This document shows, piece after piece, positions 51,021 through 63,985 of a stretch of DNA of 64,000 nucleotides; within the stretch, counting starts at the first letter, position 1, and each line of letters opens with the position of its first letter. The stretch comes from Octopus sinensis. Lineage: Eukaryota. Under the pieces are notes generated by a model, which worked only from the letters and a program-made list of their open reading frames with translations, was not told the origin of the DNA and ran no database searches. The position numbers and the translations under genes are program-made. The stretch covers positions 27,093,360 to 27,157,359 of the forward strand of contig NC_043019.1 of assembly GCF_006345805.1 (NCBI RefSeq). Direction: 5' to 3'.

Positions 51021-51207
51021 CACACACACACACACATATTTGTAACCATTGACCGAGATGCGTTTCCATGATGCGACGCCAGACATCTGTGTTCCCTAGA
51101 ACCTTTGGTAGGTCCCTAATTTCCCTGTTGTATGCCACTGTTGATACACATACTGTAGGTGACTGGTTTTCTTCCGTATTATTTATATATCGTATATATG
51201 TCGTATA

Positions 51208-51297
<90 letters not shown>

Positions 51298-52008
51298 ATG
51301 TGTGTGGAGGCGCAGGAGTGGCTGTGTGGTAAGTAGCTTGCTAACCAACCACATGTTCCGGGTTCAGTCCCACTGCGTGGCATCTTGGGCAAGTGTCTTC
51401 TGCTATAGCTTCGGGCCGACCAATGCCTTGTGAGTGGATTTGGTAGACGGAAACTGAAAGAAGCCTGTCGTATATATGTATATATATATATGTATGTGTG
51501 TGTTTGTGTGTCTGAGTTTGTCCCCCTAGCATTGCTTGACAACCGATGCTGGTGTGTTTACGTCCCCGTCACTTAGCGGTTCGGCAAAAGAGACCGATAG
51601 AATAAGTACTGGGCTTACAAAGAATAAGTCCCGGGGTCGATTTGATCGACTAAAGGCGGTGCTCCAGCATGGCCGCAGTCAAATGACTGAAACAAGTAAA
51701 AGAGTAAAAGAGTATATACATAAATGTGTGTGTGTGTGTGTGCATGAGTATGTTTGCGTGTGTGTATTACTTGTGTGTTTTCATATGTGTAAATAATACA
51801 GCTTTTAAATGTTGGTCTTCCAGACGACAGAATAGCGCAACTAACGTAATTCAGGGAAGATAATTTAAAGGAGCACTGATGATGTTTTAGTGCGTGTTTA
51901 AAAAATATTTTAGTATTAATTTTAAACACTTTGGTGATATGTATTGCACGAAATAAATTATAAACATATCTTCAATATCAGTTGGCAACAAACAATATTA
52001 CACATTAT

Positions 52009-52426
52009 GGATCTTTTCGGTTTGAACGGCAGTTTTTTCAAGCGGTGTCATATGAAATTGTCACCCATAATTATGACCCTAGTATCGATCTATTGCATTT
52101 CAATCTGTTTTAGGGTTAGGGTTGGGGGTGGGGGGAAGGGTATCTTTTTTTCTTCAGAAATGTAAATAAACCCAATCTGTTTCTTAAACGAGGGACATAT
52201 TCATGCGGCACAGAATGTTTTCACCTCAATAGACGTCATTGGTTGGTTGAAATTGCAGAAATTGAAGAAAAACAACAACAAATATCTTGCAAACTATAGA
52301 ATTTTCTCAATAAAGCCAAGAGAAAAAGATGTTTTATAAACACATTCTACCAGTATACGAAGTTTAAAAGTGTTTAGTTACGTGGAAAATATAAAAAAAA
52401 AACTGCCGTTCAAATCGAAAAGATCC
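52009..52426. mobile_element. Merlin-type MITE, opposite orientation, (TTAGGG)2
   Basis: Same TIR; perfect TSD cacattat. Confidence 0.88.
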
Positions 52427-52696
52427 CACATTATTTTGAGGCTTAAATTTTTGAGACGACATAGTACAAAGAATTATATATTTCATAAATACACGCACAG
52501 GCGTACATGTATGTATAGCTGGATGCATGTATACATTTTGTGTATAGGAATATGTAAATATATATCTTCCTGTAAGCAGACACATAAAACCGTATGTGGT
52601 TGAGACATCAGATCACCCTCTCACCTCAAATACGGACAGCGAGTGCATATATTTCATAACGAAGAGAAATACGAAAATAACAAGTAGGAAAGACAT

Positions 52697-52723
52697 TTTA
52701 TTCATTTCACAGCGCGTTTTATT
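52697..52723 (-). terminator. Candidate tandem polyadenylation signals of the calpain-like gene
   Basis: Two minus-strand AATAAA (plus-strand tttatt at 52697-52702 and 52718-52723) in unique sequence about 2.1 kb after the predicted stop. Confidence 0.35.
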
Positions 52724-52780
52724 CTATATATAGATATTTTTATTTATTTTATATTATAAACACACACTATATATATATAT

Positions 52781-52847
<67 letters not shown>

Positions 52848-53019
52848 CATATACATATATACGCACACACACATATAAATACGTATATAATATATATATA
52901 TAATATATATATATATGCCCTCTTTTTAACCTGTAGATGTATACTTTTCGTTTTCTTTCTGATTTTTTTTATGAATATATCCCTGTGTGTGCATGTGTGT
53001 GTGCGTCTAAATATATATG

Positions 53020-53059
<40 letters not shown>

Positions 53060-53150
53060 CATGTTTTATATATATGTATATATATATATTATACCTTTAT
53101 ATATATACATACTATATATATGCATATATATATATACATGTATCTATGCA

Positions 53151-53203
<53 letters not shown>

Positions 53204-53224
53204 ATATATATATATTATATATAG

Positions 53225-53304
<80 letters not shown>

Positions 53305-53399
53305 CATGTTTTCTATATATATGTAATAATATATATACCTTTATATATATACATACATATATAATGCATATATATATATACATGTAATATATGCATGCA

Positions 53400-53456
<57 letters not shown>

Positions 53457-54097
53457 GTACATAGTATTAGGCAAGATTGACATTTTCAAATAAGCAAAAA
53501 AAAAAATTATGAATATTTAACAAAAACAAAAACAAAAAAGAAGCGAACAGAACAATGGAGAAAAACAAAAATAAATTTAAAAAAACAAAAAAAAGAAACA
53601 ATTTGAAAAGTGAAGTATATAAGAGAAAGCGAAGGAGTTGCTGTAAAGGAGGAGTAGGAGGAGTAGGAAGAGAATAAGGAAAACAGAAAAAAAAGGCAAA
53701 AGGTAGAAGAAAAAAGAAGAGAACGAAGAGAAAGCAGAAAGAAAGGAAATAAGGAATAAAACCGATAACCCCCTCAAACACACACGTACACACGCGTGTG
53801 TGTGAGTGTGTATATATATATACATACATATATATATACATATATATATATATATATTATTATATATATTCTTTATGTTGTATGTATGTATACATATATT
53901 ATATTTTGTATATATATGTGTATATATATATGTATATATATATATATATATAATATATATATGTATATATACATGCTTTCTCTCGTAACTCGTTTTATCT
54001 GACATCTAAATTGCAGCACAAATTATTCCTTATGCCACCAAAGTCACTCAGTGTTCCATGTAATTCTTCACTGCTTTTAATTATGTTCTTACTTTCG

Positions 54098-54154
54098 TTA
54101 TCATCATCATCATCATCATCATTATTATTATTAATATTATTATTATTATTATTA

Positions 54155-54206
<52 letters not shown>

Positions 54207-54441
54207 CATCATTATTGTTATTATTATTATTATTATTATTATTGTTATTGTTATTAGTATTATTATTATTATTTTTATTATTATTATTATTATCATTATT
54301 ATTTTTATTATTATTATTATTTTTATTATTTTTATTATCATTATTTTTTTATTATTATTAATATTGATATTATTATTATTATTATTATTATTATATTATT
54401 ATTTTTTGTTATTATTATTTTTATTATTATTATTAATATTG

Positions 54442-54472
<31 letters not shown>

Positions 54473-54551
54473 TTATCATCATATTATTATTATTATATTA
54501 TTATTATTATTATTTTTATTATTATTTTATTTTTATTATTATTAATATTGA

Positions 54552-54585
<34 letters not shown>

Positions 54586-54625
54586 ATTATTATTATTATT
54601 ATTGTTGTTGTTGTTGTTGTTGTTA
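54098..54625. repeat. (ATT)n/(ATC)n/(GTT)n microsatellite
   Basis: Direct reading. Confidence 0.95.
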
Positions 54626-54854
54626 TATTTCTTGCTATTCTTGTTTCAGTTTTCTCCTCGGGATGTATCTGTTTGGATTCTTTTTATTTTTTTTTCCATT
54701 TTTTTTTCTTTTCTGTTCTTCTTGTTCTTCATTTCTCTTCCTTTCTTTCTTTGTTTCTTTATTTCTTTCCTTCCATTGTTTCCTCCCCCCCCCACTTCTT
54801 CCACCATTTTTCTTTTCCCTCTTCTTCTCCTTCTCGTTCTTCTTCGCTGTCATT

Positions 54855-54867
54855 CTAGGATAATTTA
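54855..54867 (-). CDS. Predicted terminal coding exon of the calpain-like gene, adding C-K-L-S-stop (CaaX)
   Basis: Strong minus-strand polypyrimidine tract ttttgttgtttttgttttctttctcttccaactcggtacctag|T AAA TTA TCC TAG. Phase-2 TG + T gives Cys. Followed by a UTR-like region with AATAAA at 52723-52718 and 52702-52697. Confidence 0.6.
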
Positions 54868-54984
54868 CTAGGTACCGAGTTGGAAGAGAAAGAAAACAAA
54901 AACAACAAAATATAAGGCAGGAGAAAAAAAAATATATATACATATACGGGTTGATTAAATAATGCATTATACGTGTTGCATCCT

Positions 54985-55852
54985 TGTATATATGTATGTA
55001 TGTATGTGTGTATGTATGTATGTATGTATGTATGTATGTATGTATGTATGTATGTATGTATGTATGTATGTATGTATGCATGTATGTATGTATGTATGTA
55101 TGCATGTATGTATGTATGTATGTATGTATGTATGTACGCATGTATGTATGTATGTATGTATGTATGTATGCATGTATGTATGTATGTATGTATGTATATA
55201 TGTATGTATGTATGTGTGTATGTATGTATGTATGTATGTATGTATGTATGCATGTATGTATGTATGTCTGTATGCATGTATGTATGTATGTATGTATGCA
55301 TGTATGTACGCATGTATGTATGTATGTATGTATGTATGCATGTATGTATGTATGCATGTATGCATGTATGTATGTATGTATGTATGTATGTATGTACGCA
55401 TGTATGTATGTATGTATATGTATTATGTATGTATGTATGTATGTATGCATGTATTATGTATGCATGTATGTAGTATGCATGTATGTATGTTATGCATGTA
55501 TGTATGTATGTATGTATGCATGTATGTATGTATGTATGTATGTATTATGCATGTATGTATGTATGTATGTATGTATGTATGTATGTATGCATGTATGTAT
55601 GTATGTATGTATGTATGCATGTATGTATGTATGCATGTATGTATGTATGTATGTATGCATGCTGCATGTATGTTTATGTATTGTATGTATGTATGCATTA
55701 TGTATGTAGTATGCATGTATGTATGTATGCATGTATGTATGTATGCATGTATGTATGTATGTATGTATGTATGTAGGTATGTATGCATGTATGTATGTAT
55801 GCATGTATGTATGTATGTATGTATGTATGTATGTATGTATGTATGTATGTAT
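54985..55852. repeat. (ATGT)n microsatellite of about 870 bp with ATGC variants
   Basis: Direct reading; source of the YVCM/HTYI pseudo-ORFs. Confidence 0.97.
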
Positions 55853-56129
55853 CTGTGTGTGCACGCACGCTTTGTATGCGCACGCATTTATATAAGACTC
55901 ACACACACATGGATACATACAGTAACACAGACACACACATAATTAAACACATTCACATTCGCATACATATGTGTGTGTGCCACCGTATGCACGTATACAT
56001 GCATACATATATATACATAAATATATATATATTGAATGGCGGTGCCCCAGCATGGCCACAGCTCGTGAGCTAAAACTAGATAAATGAAAAAATGAAATAT
56101 ATGTATGTATGTGTATATATATATATATG

Positions 56130-56202
<73 letters not shown>

Positions 56203-56462
56203 TATATATATATAAATAATATATATATAATATAATATATATATAATATATATATATATATTATATATATTATATATATATATAGGTGTACACTGATAGG
56301 GAAAGGTATGTGTATGCGTTATTGTGCGAGCGCATGTTTGTAGACATCATAAAAGGTACTCGATATATATTTTAGAGCCAAATTTATTTATTCGACAAAC
56401 TCCAACAGAAACTTACAGACGAACTACAGCCTCATTTGTTAGTAAAGGAATACACATGCGTG

Positions 56463-56547
<85 letters not shown>

Positions 56548-57661
56548 CGAGTGGTAAGTTAATGGAATCTGACTTCAAAACGTACTCGTTTTCTCATTTG
56601 TGGCAGTTAGGTACAAAGGTCTCAGAGTTAATAAGGCGACAAAGAAGGCGGCGAGCTGTCAGAAACGTTAGCACGACGGGCGAAATGCCTAGTGGTATTT
56701 ACGTCTGTCTTTGCGATCTGAGTTCAAATTCCGCCGAGCTCGACTTTGCCTTTCATCTTTTTGAGGTTGATAAATTAAGTACCAGTTACGCACTTGGGAT
56801 CGATATAATCGACTTAATCCGTCTGTCTGTCATTGTTTGTCTCCTCTGTGTTTAGCCCCTTGTGGATAATAAAGAAATAGGTATTTCGTCTGTCTTTATG
56901 ATCTGAGTTCAAATTCCACCGCGGTCGACTTTGCCTTTCATCCTTTCGGGGTCGATAAATTAAGTACCTGTTGTGTACTGGGGTCGATCTAATCGACTGG
57001 CCCCCTCCCCCAAAATTTCGGGCCTTGTACCTAGAGTAGAAAAGAATAGACTAAATGTGTGTGTGTTTATGTGTGTGTATGTGTGCATGCATATGAGGGT
57101 GTTTGTTGTGGGTGAGAGTGTGGAGAGTTGTGGTTGAGGAAGTTGTTGAGTAATTGAAGAAGTTCATGGCGTAATCATAAAAAATAAATGCAGTTAACTT
57201 TGCTAATAGCATTCTGCTGTGGAAGCTGAAAGCGGAGCTCAAGACTCAGAGTACAGAATTGAAGGACAACAGACGTAGACCGAGTAGAAGCTTGAACGTA
57301 CGTGGGTGAATATAGGTAGGAACGGTCTCGTGTGTGTGTGTATTTCTCTGTGTGTATGTGTTTCCGTTTGTGTGTTTATATATATTTCTGTATGTGTGTA
57401 TTTGTCTGTGTGTGTGTGTGTGCGTAGGCGTCTGTGTGTAATTATGCACTAGAACTTGTAGAAGTTATACATCGCTGGTCACAATGTGCTTCCTCGCATT
57501 GTAACTTTCGAATGATGTTACGCTGTTATTTGGGTGGACAGGCCGTTACTTTTCCTGGACAGAACTTCAGTCCGTCGCAGGATTATCCACTGCGGGGAAT
57601 CGAAACCACGTTCATGAGATCGTGAGTGCAATGCTCTAACCACTTGGCCACGTGTTTTCGT

Positions 57662-58063
57662 ACATTCACACACACACGCACACTCACACACGGATGCATA
57701 CTCACACACACACAGAGACTCATACACAAACACACACACGCATGCACGCACACACACACATATACTCACATACACACACATACACACGCATACACTCGCA
57801 AGCACATACACACACTCACACACACACTCACAGACCCACACACAGGCACACACACTCGCTCACACCCGCAGGGACTCACACACGCGCACAGACGCTCGCA
57901 CACTCACATACACACACATACTCACACACAAACATGCACACACACACACATTCACGTACACACACTCACACACACCCACACACGCGCACATACGCACGCA
58001 CACTCGCATACACACACAGGCTCACACACAAACATGCACACGCACACACACGCACACACACGC

Positions 58064-58110
<47 letters not shown>
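57662..58110. repeat. Degenerate (CA)n tract
   Basis: Direct reading. Confidence 0.95.
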
Positions 58111-58114
<4 letters not shown>

Positions 58115-58127
58115 TTTCGTAACTCAC

Positions 58128-58345
58128 CAATCTGATTTCTCCTCTTTGACGTTCTTCTCAGCCAGGACTCGAACTATGAACTCGCCAGTATGCTCCTTGT
58201 TGGAACAGAATGGCACAATGAAATAATTTCCCTGCTCCAGATTGGTCCGTTTGATTACCTCACGTGACCCACCATTTGACATCTCTTTGCTTACAAACGT
58301 CAGCTTGGAAAGAAGCTTCTTCTCGTCCTTCTCCGGGTACTTCGT
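58128..58345 (-). CDS. Calpain-like gene, CBSW exon (TKYPEKDEKKLLSKLTFVSKEMSNGGSREVIKRTNLEQGNYFIVPFCSNKEHTGEFIVRVLAEKNVKEEKSD)
   Basis: aaccag|ACG acceptor, GAT TG|gtgagt donor (phase 0 to 2). REV..R..L..G.Y.IVP and G.F..RV..EK motifs close domain III. This frame is absent from the ORF track. Confidence 0.9.
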
Positions 58346-58410
58346 CTGGTTTTGTTAAAGGAGAGAGAAAAATAGTATGAGAGAGTGTATAAGTGATAGA
58401 GAAATAGTAT

Positions 58411-58474
<64 letters not shown>

Positions 58475-59395
58475 ACGAAAGAGCGAGAGAGAGTGGGAGT
58501 GAGAAACAAACAGTTTTATATAAAAAAATGTTATACACATGTCCGTATTTCTGCTGTTTTTATCAATGACCGGGCACTCCGTCGGTTACGTCGACCAATG
58601 TTCCACTTCATTCGTTCAACAGGGCAGCCTGCTGGTGAAATTAATCTTCGAGTGGCTGAGTACTCCACAGACACGTGTACTCTTAATGTAATTCTCAGGG
58701 AGATTCGGCGCAACACAGAATGTGACAAGGTTGGCCTCGTTTGAATTACAGGCACTATTCATTTTTGTCAACTGGGTGGATTGTAACAATTTGAAATAAA
58801 GTGATTTGCTCAAGGACATAATGCTGGGAATCGAACTCACAACCTCACGACCACTAAGCCACGTGCCTGTTCTTATCCCTGCTGTTTGTGTCAATAGTTA
58901 TTATATAAATGTATTCCTTCAATTATCCACCAATGCAATCCTGATAAATGTTAAATTCATTATATATATTCTGATACAAAATTAATTTGTTAGCTGTAGA
59001 GTATGTTACGTAATCACTGTCGTTTACTTATAACGAAACATATTCAATCAAAATACGGTACATGTTGTCATGACTACATCAACGTTGCGCTATGAAAACT
59101 AAGCAATACAAAGCAAGACACCATCACCGTGCCACTGCTCTGCTATTACAGCCCCACCACAATAACGTCAACAAGAACATTATTACAAGGCGCTAACACA
59201 ACCATCACCACCACAATCATCATCTTCATCCTCCTCATCATCGTCATCATCACACCATCATCATCGTCATTATCGGCATCATCACACCACCACCACCATC
59301 ATCACCATCGTCATCACCATCATCATCGTCATCATCATCATCATCATCATCATCATCGATAAGAAACAAAAAAAATAATGCAATATAAAAGTCAC

Positions 59396-59592
59396 CTTAT
59401 AAATACAGAATCCAATCGGCTGGATGAGGTTGTTCGCGGTCGAAGAGCCATGCCTGTAGTCTTGGAGGAGGGAAATGATCACGTGACTACGTCCGCTGAA
59501 AACTGTATCCAGGTCCGATTTCCATGCGTCTAATTTATGGACAGTCAGTAAAATCCTTGGGTTCTGGTCCATGTCAAAGGAGTTGTTCCGTT
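59396..59592 (-). CDS. Calpain-like gene, CBSW exon (K RNNSFDMDQNPRILLTV...SHVIISLLQDYRHG...IGFCIYK)
   Basis: ttccaaag|AA acceptor, AAG|gtgact donor (phase 1 to 0). NP..L, V.ISL.Q and IGF.IYK are hallmark calpain domain III motifs. Confidence 0.88.
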
Positions 59593-60619
59593 CTTTGGAA
59601 GAGAATTTATATGAGAGCAATGCAAAATCAGTAGGTACCTCAATTAATATAACAGTGGACGCATCATGGCATATCAATAATTACATAACATGACAGGAGT
59701 GGATTGGAGGAATGCAATGTTTGGCGCTATTTAACTGCGATCCTTTACCTTCTGATTCCGAAACAAGCGTCGGGTTAACAGTGACTTTCATCCTTTCGAG
59801 GTTGATAAATAAAATACCAGCGAATACCAACAGTGATTAGCATATTCACTTCCGAATTTGCTAAAACACATAGAAATAAATATGCAAGGCATCGACAAAT
59901 TTGAAGTTGTTGCCTATGAAGTCTTTCCTGTACAAATGTGGTATTTTGCCACAGTGGTATTGTTAAACTCTGAATAAAGATTAAACAAAGCAGTTGCAAA
60001 GATAGACGGACTGGAAGAAGGATGATTAAACAATGAAAATTAGAGGGAAAGATTGATAAAAAAAAGATATATAAACAGAGCGTAGAAACAGGCGTAGGAG
60101 TGGCTGTGTAGTAAGTAGCTTGCTTACCAACTACATGGTTCCGGGTTCAGTCCCACTGCGTGGCACCTTGGGCAAGCGTCTTCTACTATAGCCTCGGGCT
60201 GACCAAAGCCTTGTGAGTGGATTTGGTAAACGGAAATTGAAAGAAGCCCGTCGTATATATGTATATATATATACATATGTATGTGTGTGTATAAGTTTGT
60301 GTGTCTGTGTTTGTCCGTCCCCCACAACATCGCTTGACAACCGATGCTGGTGTGTTTACGTCCTCGTAACATTAGCGGTTCGGCAAAAGAGACCGATAGA
60401 ATAAGTACTAGTCTTACAAAGAATAAGTCCTGGGGTTGATTTGCTCGACTAAAAGTCGGTGCTCCAGCATGGCAACAGTCAAATGACTGAAACAAGTAAA
60501 AGAGTAAGAGCAAGGAAATACTTAAATTAAGAAAAATTAAGATCGGAAGAAGAAAGAACAATAAAAAGAGAACAGGAAAGAAAGAAGGAAGGAAAGAAAG
60601 AAAGGAAGGGAGGGAGGGG

Positions 60620-60653
<34 letters not shown>

Positions 60654-60668
60654 AATGATTCTACTTAC

Positions 60669-61137
60669 TAGTCCAGTTTCCATGGTAATTGACAAGTTGA
60701 CTCCAGCGTCCAGTCGGACAGAAATGGTCGACTTTACTGGCCAGAAAATTTGACTCTGAAAGGGAAGAAACCGTTCCGAGGGACATGTTTCTGTGTTCAT
60801 CCGTGATCGGAAGTAGTGTAGCAGTAGTAGTCGTAGCTGCGCCTGCGTCTATTCTACTGGTGAGATCAGATACACTCTGAGAGCTCTCTCTGTTCGAATG
60901 GCAAAAGAGATTTAATCGTTCATGACGGCCATATTTGCGAGTCGGTGGAGTCATCGAAACTTGTTGTTGATGAGGTTGAGTGAAGCCACCGGAACTCGAC
61001 TCGCTGTGTGTTCGATCGGGAGCACTGCGCAGGCGCACTTTCTTGACTTTGTTGACCAAAGCAATAAAGTCTGAGTTTCCGTCGCTGCTTTGACTTGACT
61101 GAAGGTTCGTTTTAGTCGGGGAGGTTGTGACACGAAC
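60669..61137 (-). CDS. Calpain-like gene, long Ser/Thr-rich linker exon ending at the start of the CBSW (domain III) fold (...FLASKVDHFCPTGRWSQLVNYHGNWT); 5' end runs into the N gap
   Basis: Frame open from the gap edge to donor ACT A|gtaagt at 60669 (phase 1). RW....HG.W is the typical start of calpain domain III, and the phase matches the next exon. Confidence 0.8.
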
Positions 61138-61237
61138 NNNNNNNNNNNNNNNNNNNNNNNNNNNNNNNNNNNNNNNNNNNNNNNNNNNNNNNNNNNNNNN
61201 NNNNNNNNNNNNNNNNNNNNNNNNNNNNNNNNNNNNN
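61138..61237. other. Assembly gap (100 N) interrupting the calpain-like gene
   Basis: Run of N. Confidence 1.
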
Positions 61238-61421
61238 TTTTAATTTATATTTATTTAGTTTTGTTTCATATTCCATATTGCAATATTTTCCAATGGTTCC
61301 TTGTTTCCAATGCATGACCAACCGACGAGAAAGTGCTGTAGTTGTGTGTCTTATATGACAGTCTGAGTCGTGAAGTTTACAACGTTTCACATTTACTCTG
61401 TTTTTTTTTTTTTTGTGTTAC

Positions 61422-61463
61422 CTGGGCTGTCTTCTTAAGATTGGCGAAACCACTCTTGAGAAG
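61422..61463 (-). CDS. Possible 42-nt micro-exon (LLKSGFANLKKTAQ in phase 0) of the calpain-like gene
   Basis: ggtttag| acceptor and CAG|gtaac donor around a 42-nt open stretch. No homology support, and it is separated from the other exons by the gap. Confidence 0.25.
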
Positions 61464-61665
61464 CTAAACCAGAGACAGCTAATTACGAAATTATAATAAC
61501 AAAATATAAAATACTATGCAGAGACAGAGAATAGTCCAAATATTTAACCTGTATAAAGTACATGCTCAGACTTGTAGATTTACAATCATAGGTTTGTGTC
61601 TTTGTACACAGGCCAAAGCATAGCGATCCACATATGAAATGACACGAACACATACATAAGTATAT

Positions 61666-62047
61666 TGTTACGGGGGGACCTCCGTCGAACGAAAGCTGTT
61701 ACGGAATCCCTCACACAGGCCCGATCGATCAAGCTAACCGCTTGCCCTGAATTCCAAAATGCCAACCGTTCGCCCTGACTCCCAAATACCGACTGCCAAA
61801 TCCAACTTGCTCTGTCCTCAACTGCCTTGTCACTACCCCAATCTCTCTCTGCTCGAACTGACTTACAGACTCACAGCTCCTTTTTATAAGGTAGTTTCCC
61901 TGCCCCTTTCTTGACCGGCAAGAGAGTAGGGGTCCTTCCAAAAGCCATCACTCTTCCGTAAACAAAGGCCTATAACTTTGTATTCTAGACTTTCAGTCTC
62001 CAAGCCAGCAAAGTAGGTCATAGAAGTGTCCCTGACCATTCACAACA
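61666..62047 (-). mobile_element. Solo LTR (Gypsy-like), 382 bp
   Basis: TGTT...AACA termini, 4-bp TSD ATAT (61662-61665, 62048-62051), minus-strand TATAAAA near 61885. Confidence 0.6.
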
Positions 62048-62164
62048 ATATCAATATATACATGCATACATACACACACACACACACACACACACATATG
62101 CACATACACACATTCATACGTTACAGAGTCAAATAGATACATGCACACGTGCATCCATACATAC

Positions 62165-62800
62165 ATCTGAAGGCCATTTTCTGGTGGTATTGGAATAGGA
62201 AGATCATCATCGTTGTGTGGTACTGGTCTTCTTGCTGATTCCAAGTTGGGATACGCAATCTTATGCTTGGTCTTTAGTCCAGGCTCTCTCCATATCATAG
62301 GTATATTACAAACGGCATTGCTCTCTTCCTCTTATTTAGCCAATCCCTTAGTCCATTTGAACAAGCTGAGCAGATGATGTGCAGGGCCCAACTCTTTTCT
62401 TGATCCCCGAGAGAGCAGCCAAAGTATAACTTGTAGATCTTCTTGATTTCACTTGTTATGGCACATTGCTGAGCTTTGGTGGTAAATGAACCACAGACAG
62501 GACAAAATATATCAGGACTGTTCTGGCAATACCTTGACAACCTGAGTAGAATTTGATGATGATGATGATGATGACTTGGCACCTTAAACAGAAAGTAAAA
62601 TTTATGAAAAGAAAATATTATGAAAACATAAAATTACAAAATGAATACAAATAGTTATAAAACAGAAGTCAGAATTTACCTGTATAAGATGTTTACTGTG
62701 CCTGACAGAAGGAAACCGATTACATTTTTGAAATCTGCGGACAAAACTACATATAGAACACCATATAATATCCCTGATAAAAATTGGCTGTAATTGCTGT
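62165..62800 (-). mobile_element. 5' part of a CMC/Chapaev3-like DNA transposon (Cys-rich N-terminus, frameshifted and internally deleted)
   Basis: C.NSPD.FC.VCG, YFG..LGDQ.KSWA.H..C..C, MPF.IPMIWREP and YPNL.SARRPVPH motifs. Superfamily assignment is from memory of the motif set. Confidence 0.65.
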
Positions 62801-63614
62801 ACTTGGTGGGACGTTTCGTAAATACCTGATTGACGATCTGGAAAATCTAAGGTTTTCAGCTAATTTTCACATTACGAAAACAATCTGAAAGCGGAAGAGA
62901 CAAAGTTCATGCAAGATTTTTCTCAAGTTCAACATGTGACATTGTTTGTTTGTTTTTTTCTGTTATCTAGATTACAATAATGGAACTCTGTGTGTTTGTT
63001 AGAAACCGGTTGCTTCCTTACAGGAAGGCTTCAAATAAATGAAAATAGCGGAGAGTATAAAAAGGGTAAAAACTAGATTTTTTAGAGAAAGAAAAGTAAC
63101 ACCCAAATTCATGCGCGACATATGATCGCGTTAGCTAGGGCAATAATAGTGCGCGATACCTCCGTGACCCCTCTAGGGTATGTGGTTACTCAAGGATGAC
63201 GAAGATGACAATGTCTTTTCTTTAGAAAAAACAACCCTTTTATTTCCAGCCTTACCTGTGAACAGGTGTACATAAACCCTGAAAAGCCAGACAGATAAAG
63301 CTGATATACGTATATGTACATACGTCAATAGACACACATATACATATACACGCATACATATGCATACGTATATGTATACATGCATATATACATACTTACA
63401 TATGTGCAAATATATACTTGCATATACATACATATATACATACACATACATATACACACACACATACATATATATATAGACACACATGCATGCATACATT
63501 CATACATACATACATACATACAGACAGACAGACAGACAGACAGATAGACAGACATACATGCAAATATAGATACCTGTATAAAGATTGACAGATAGATAGA
63601 TAGGTAGATAGATA

Positions 63615-63985
63615 GATATGTTTCTTTATTAGCCACACAGGGCTGCACACAGATAGAACAAATTACAAGGTAGAGCTTTTCTTTTGAAGGTTTAAAAAAA
63701 AAAAAAAAATATAATAATAATAAAATAACAAATAAAATAAAATAAAAAAGGGGGGGGTCGATCAAAAGGGATCGTAAAAGGAGAGAAAGAGGACAAAAAA
63801 AAAGGGGGGGTTAAAAAAAAAAAAAAGGGGGGAGAGGAAAAAAAATTGATCAATAGGGATCGTTATCACAGAAATGTCAATATGAAGTGTAAAGGGGAGG
63901 ACAGGTGAGGTTTACCCGTGGAAAGAAAAGCCTACGGAAAAGACCACGGTAACCTCGGTCAATGAAGTCACATGTTATATTTTTT
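63615..63985 (-). mobile_element. Probable LINE 3'UTR, same family as 11750-12045, tail abutting (GATA)n
   Basis: Shared blocks gaccgaggttaccgtgg, tttccacgg, cgatccctattgatc, cagccctgtgtggctaataaa. Confidence 0.55.

Noticed and set aside
54962-55942. Long ORFs up to 326 aa (YVCM/HTYI repeats) and all similar YI, CV, HT, SL and poly-V/L ORFs in the track
   Set aside because: They are translations of stop-free microsatellites, with no coding signal.
57051-57242. Alternative terminal exon for the calpain-like gene (acceptors near 57214-57227)
   Set aside because: Weaker pyrimidine tract, giving an immediate stop or a tail running into CA repeat. The 54867 acceptor is preferred but not proven.
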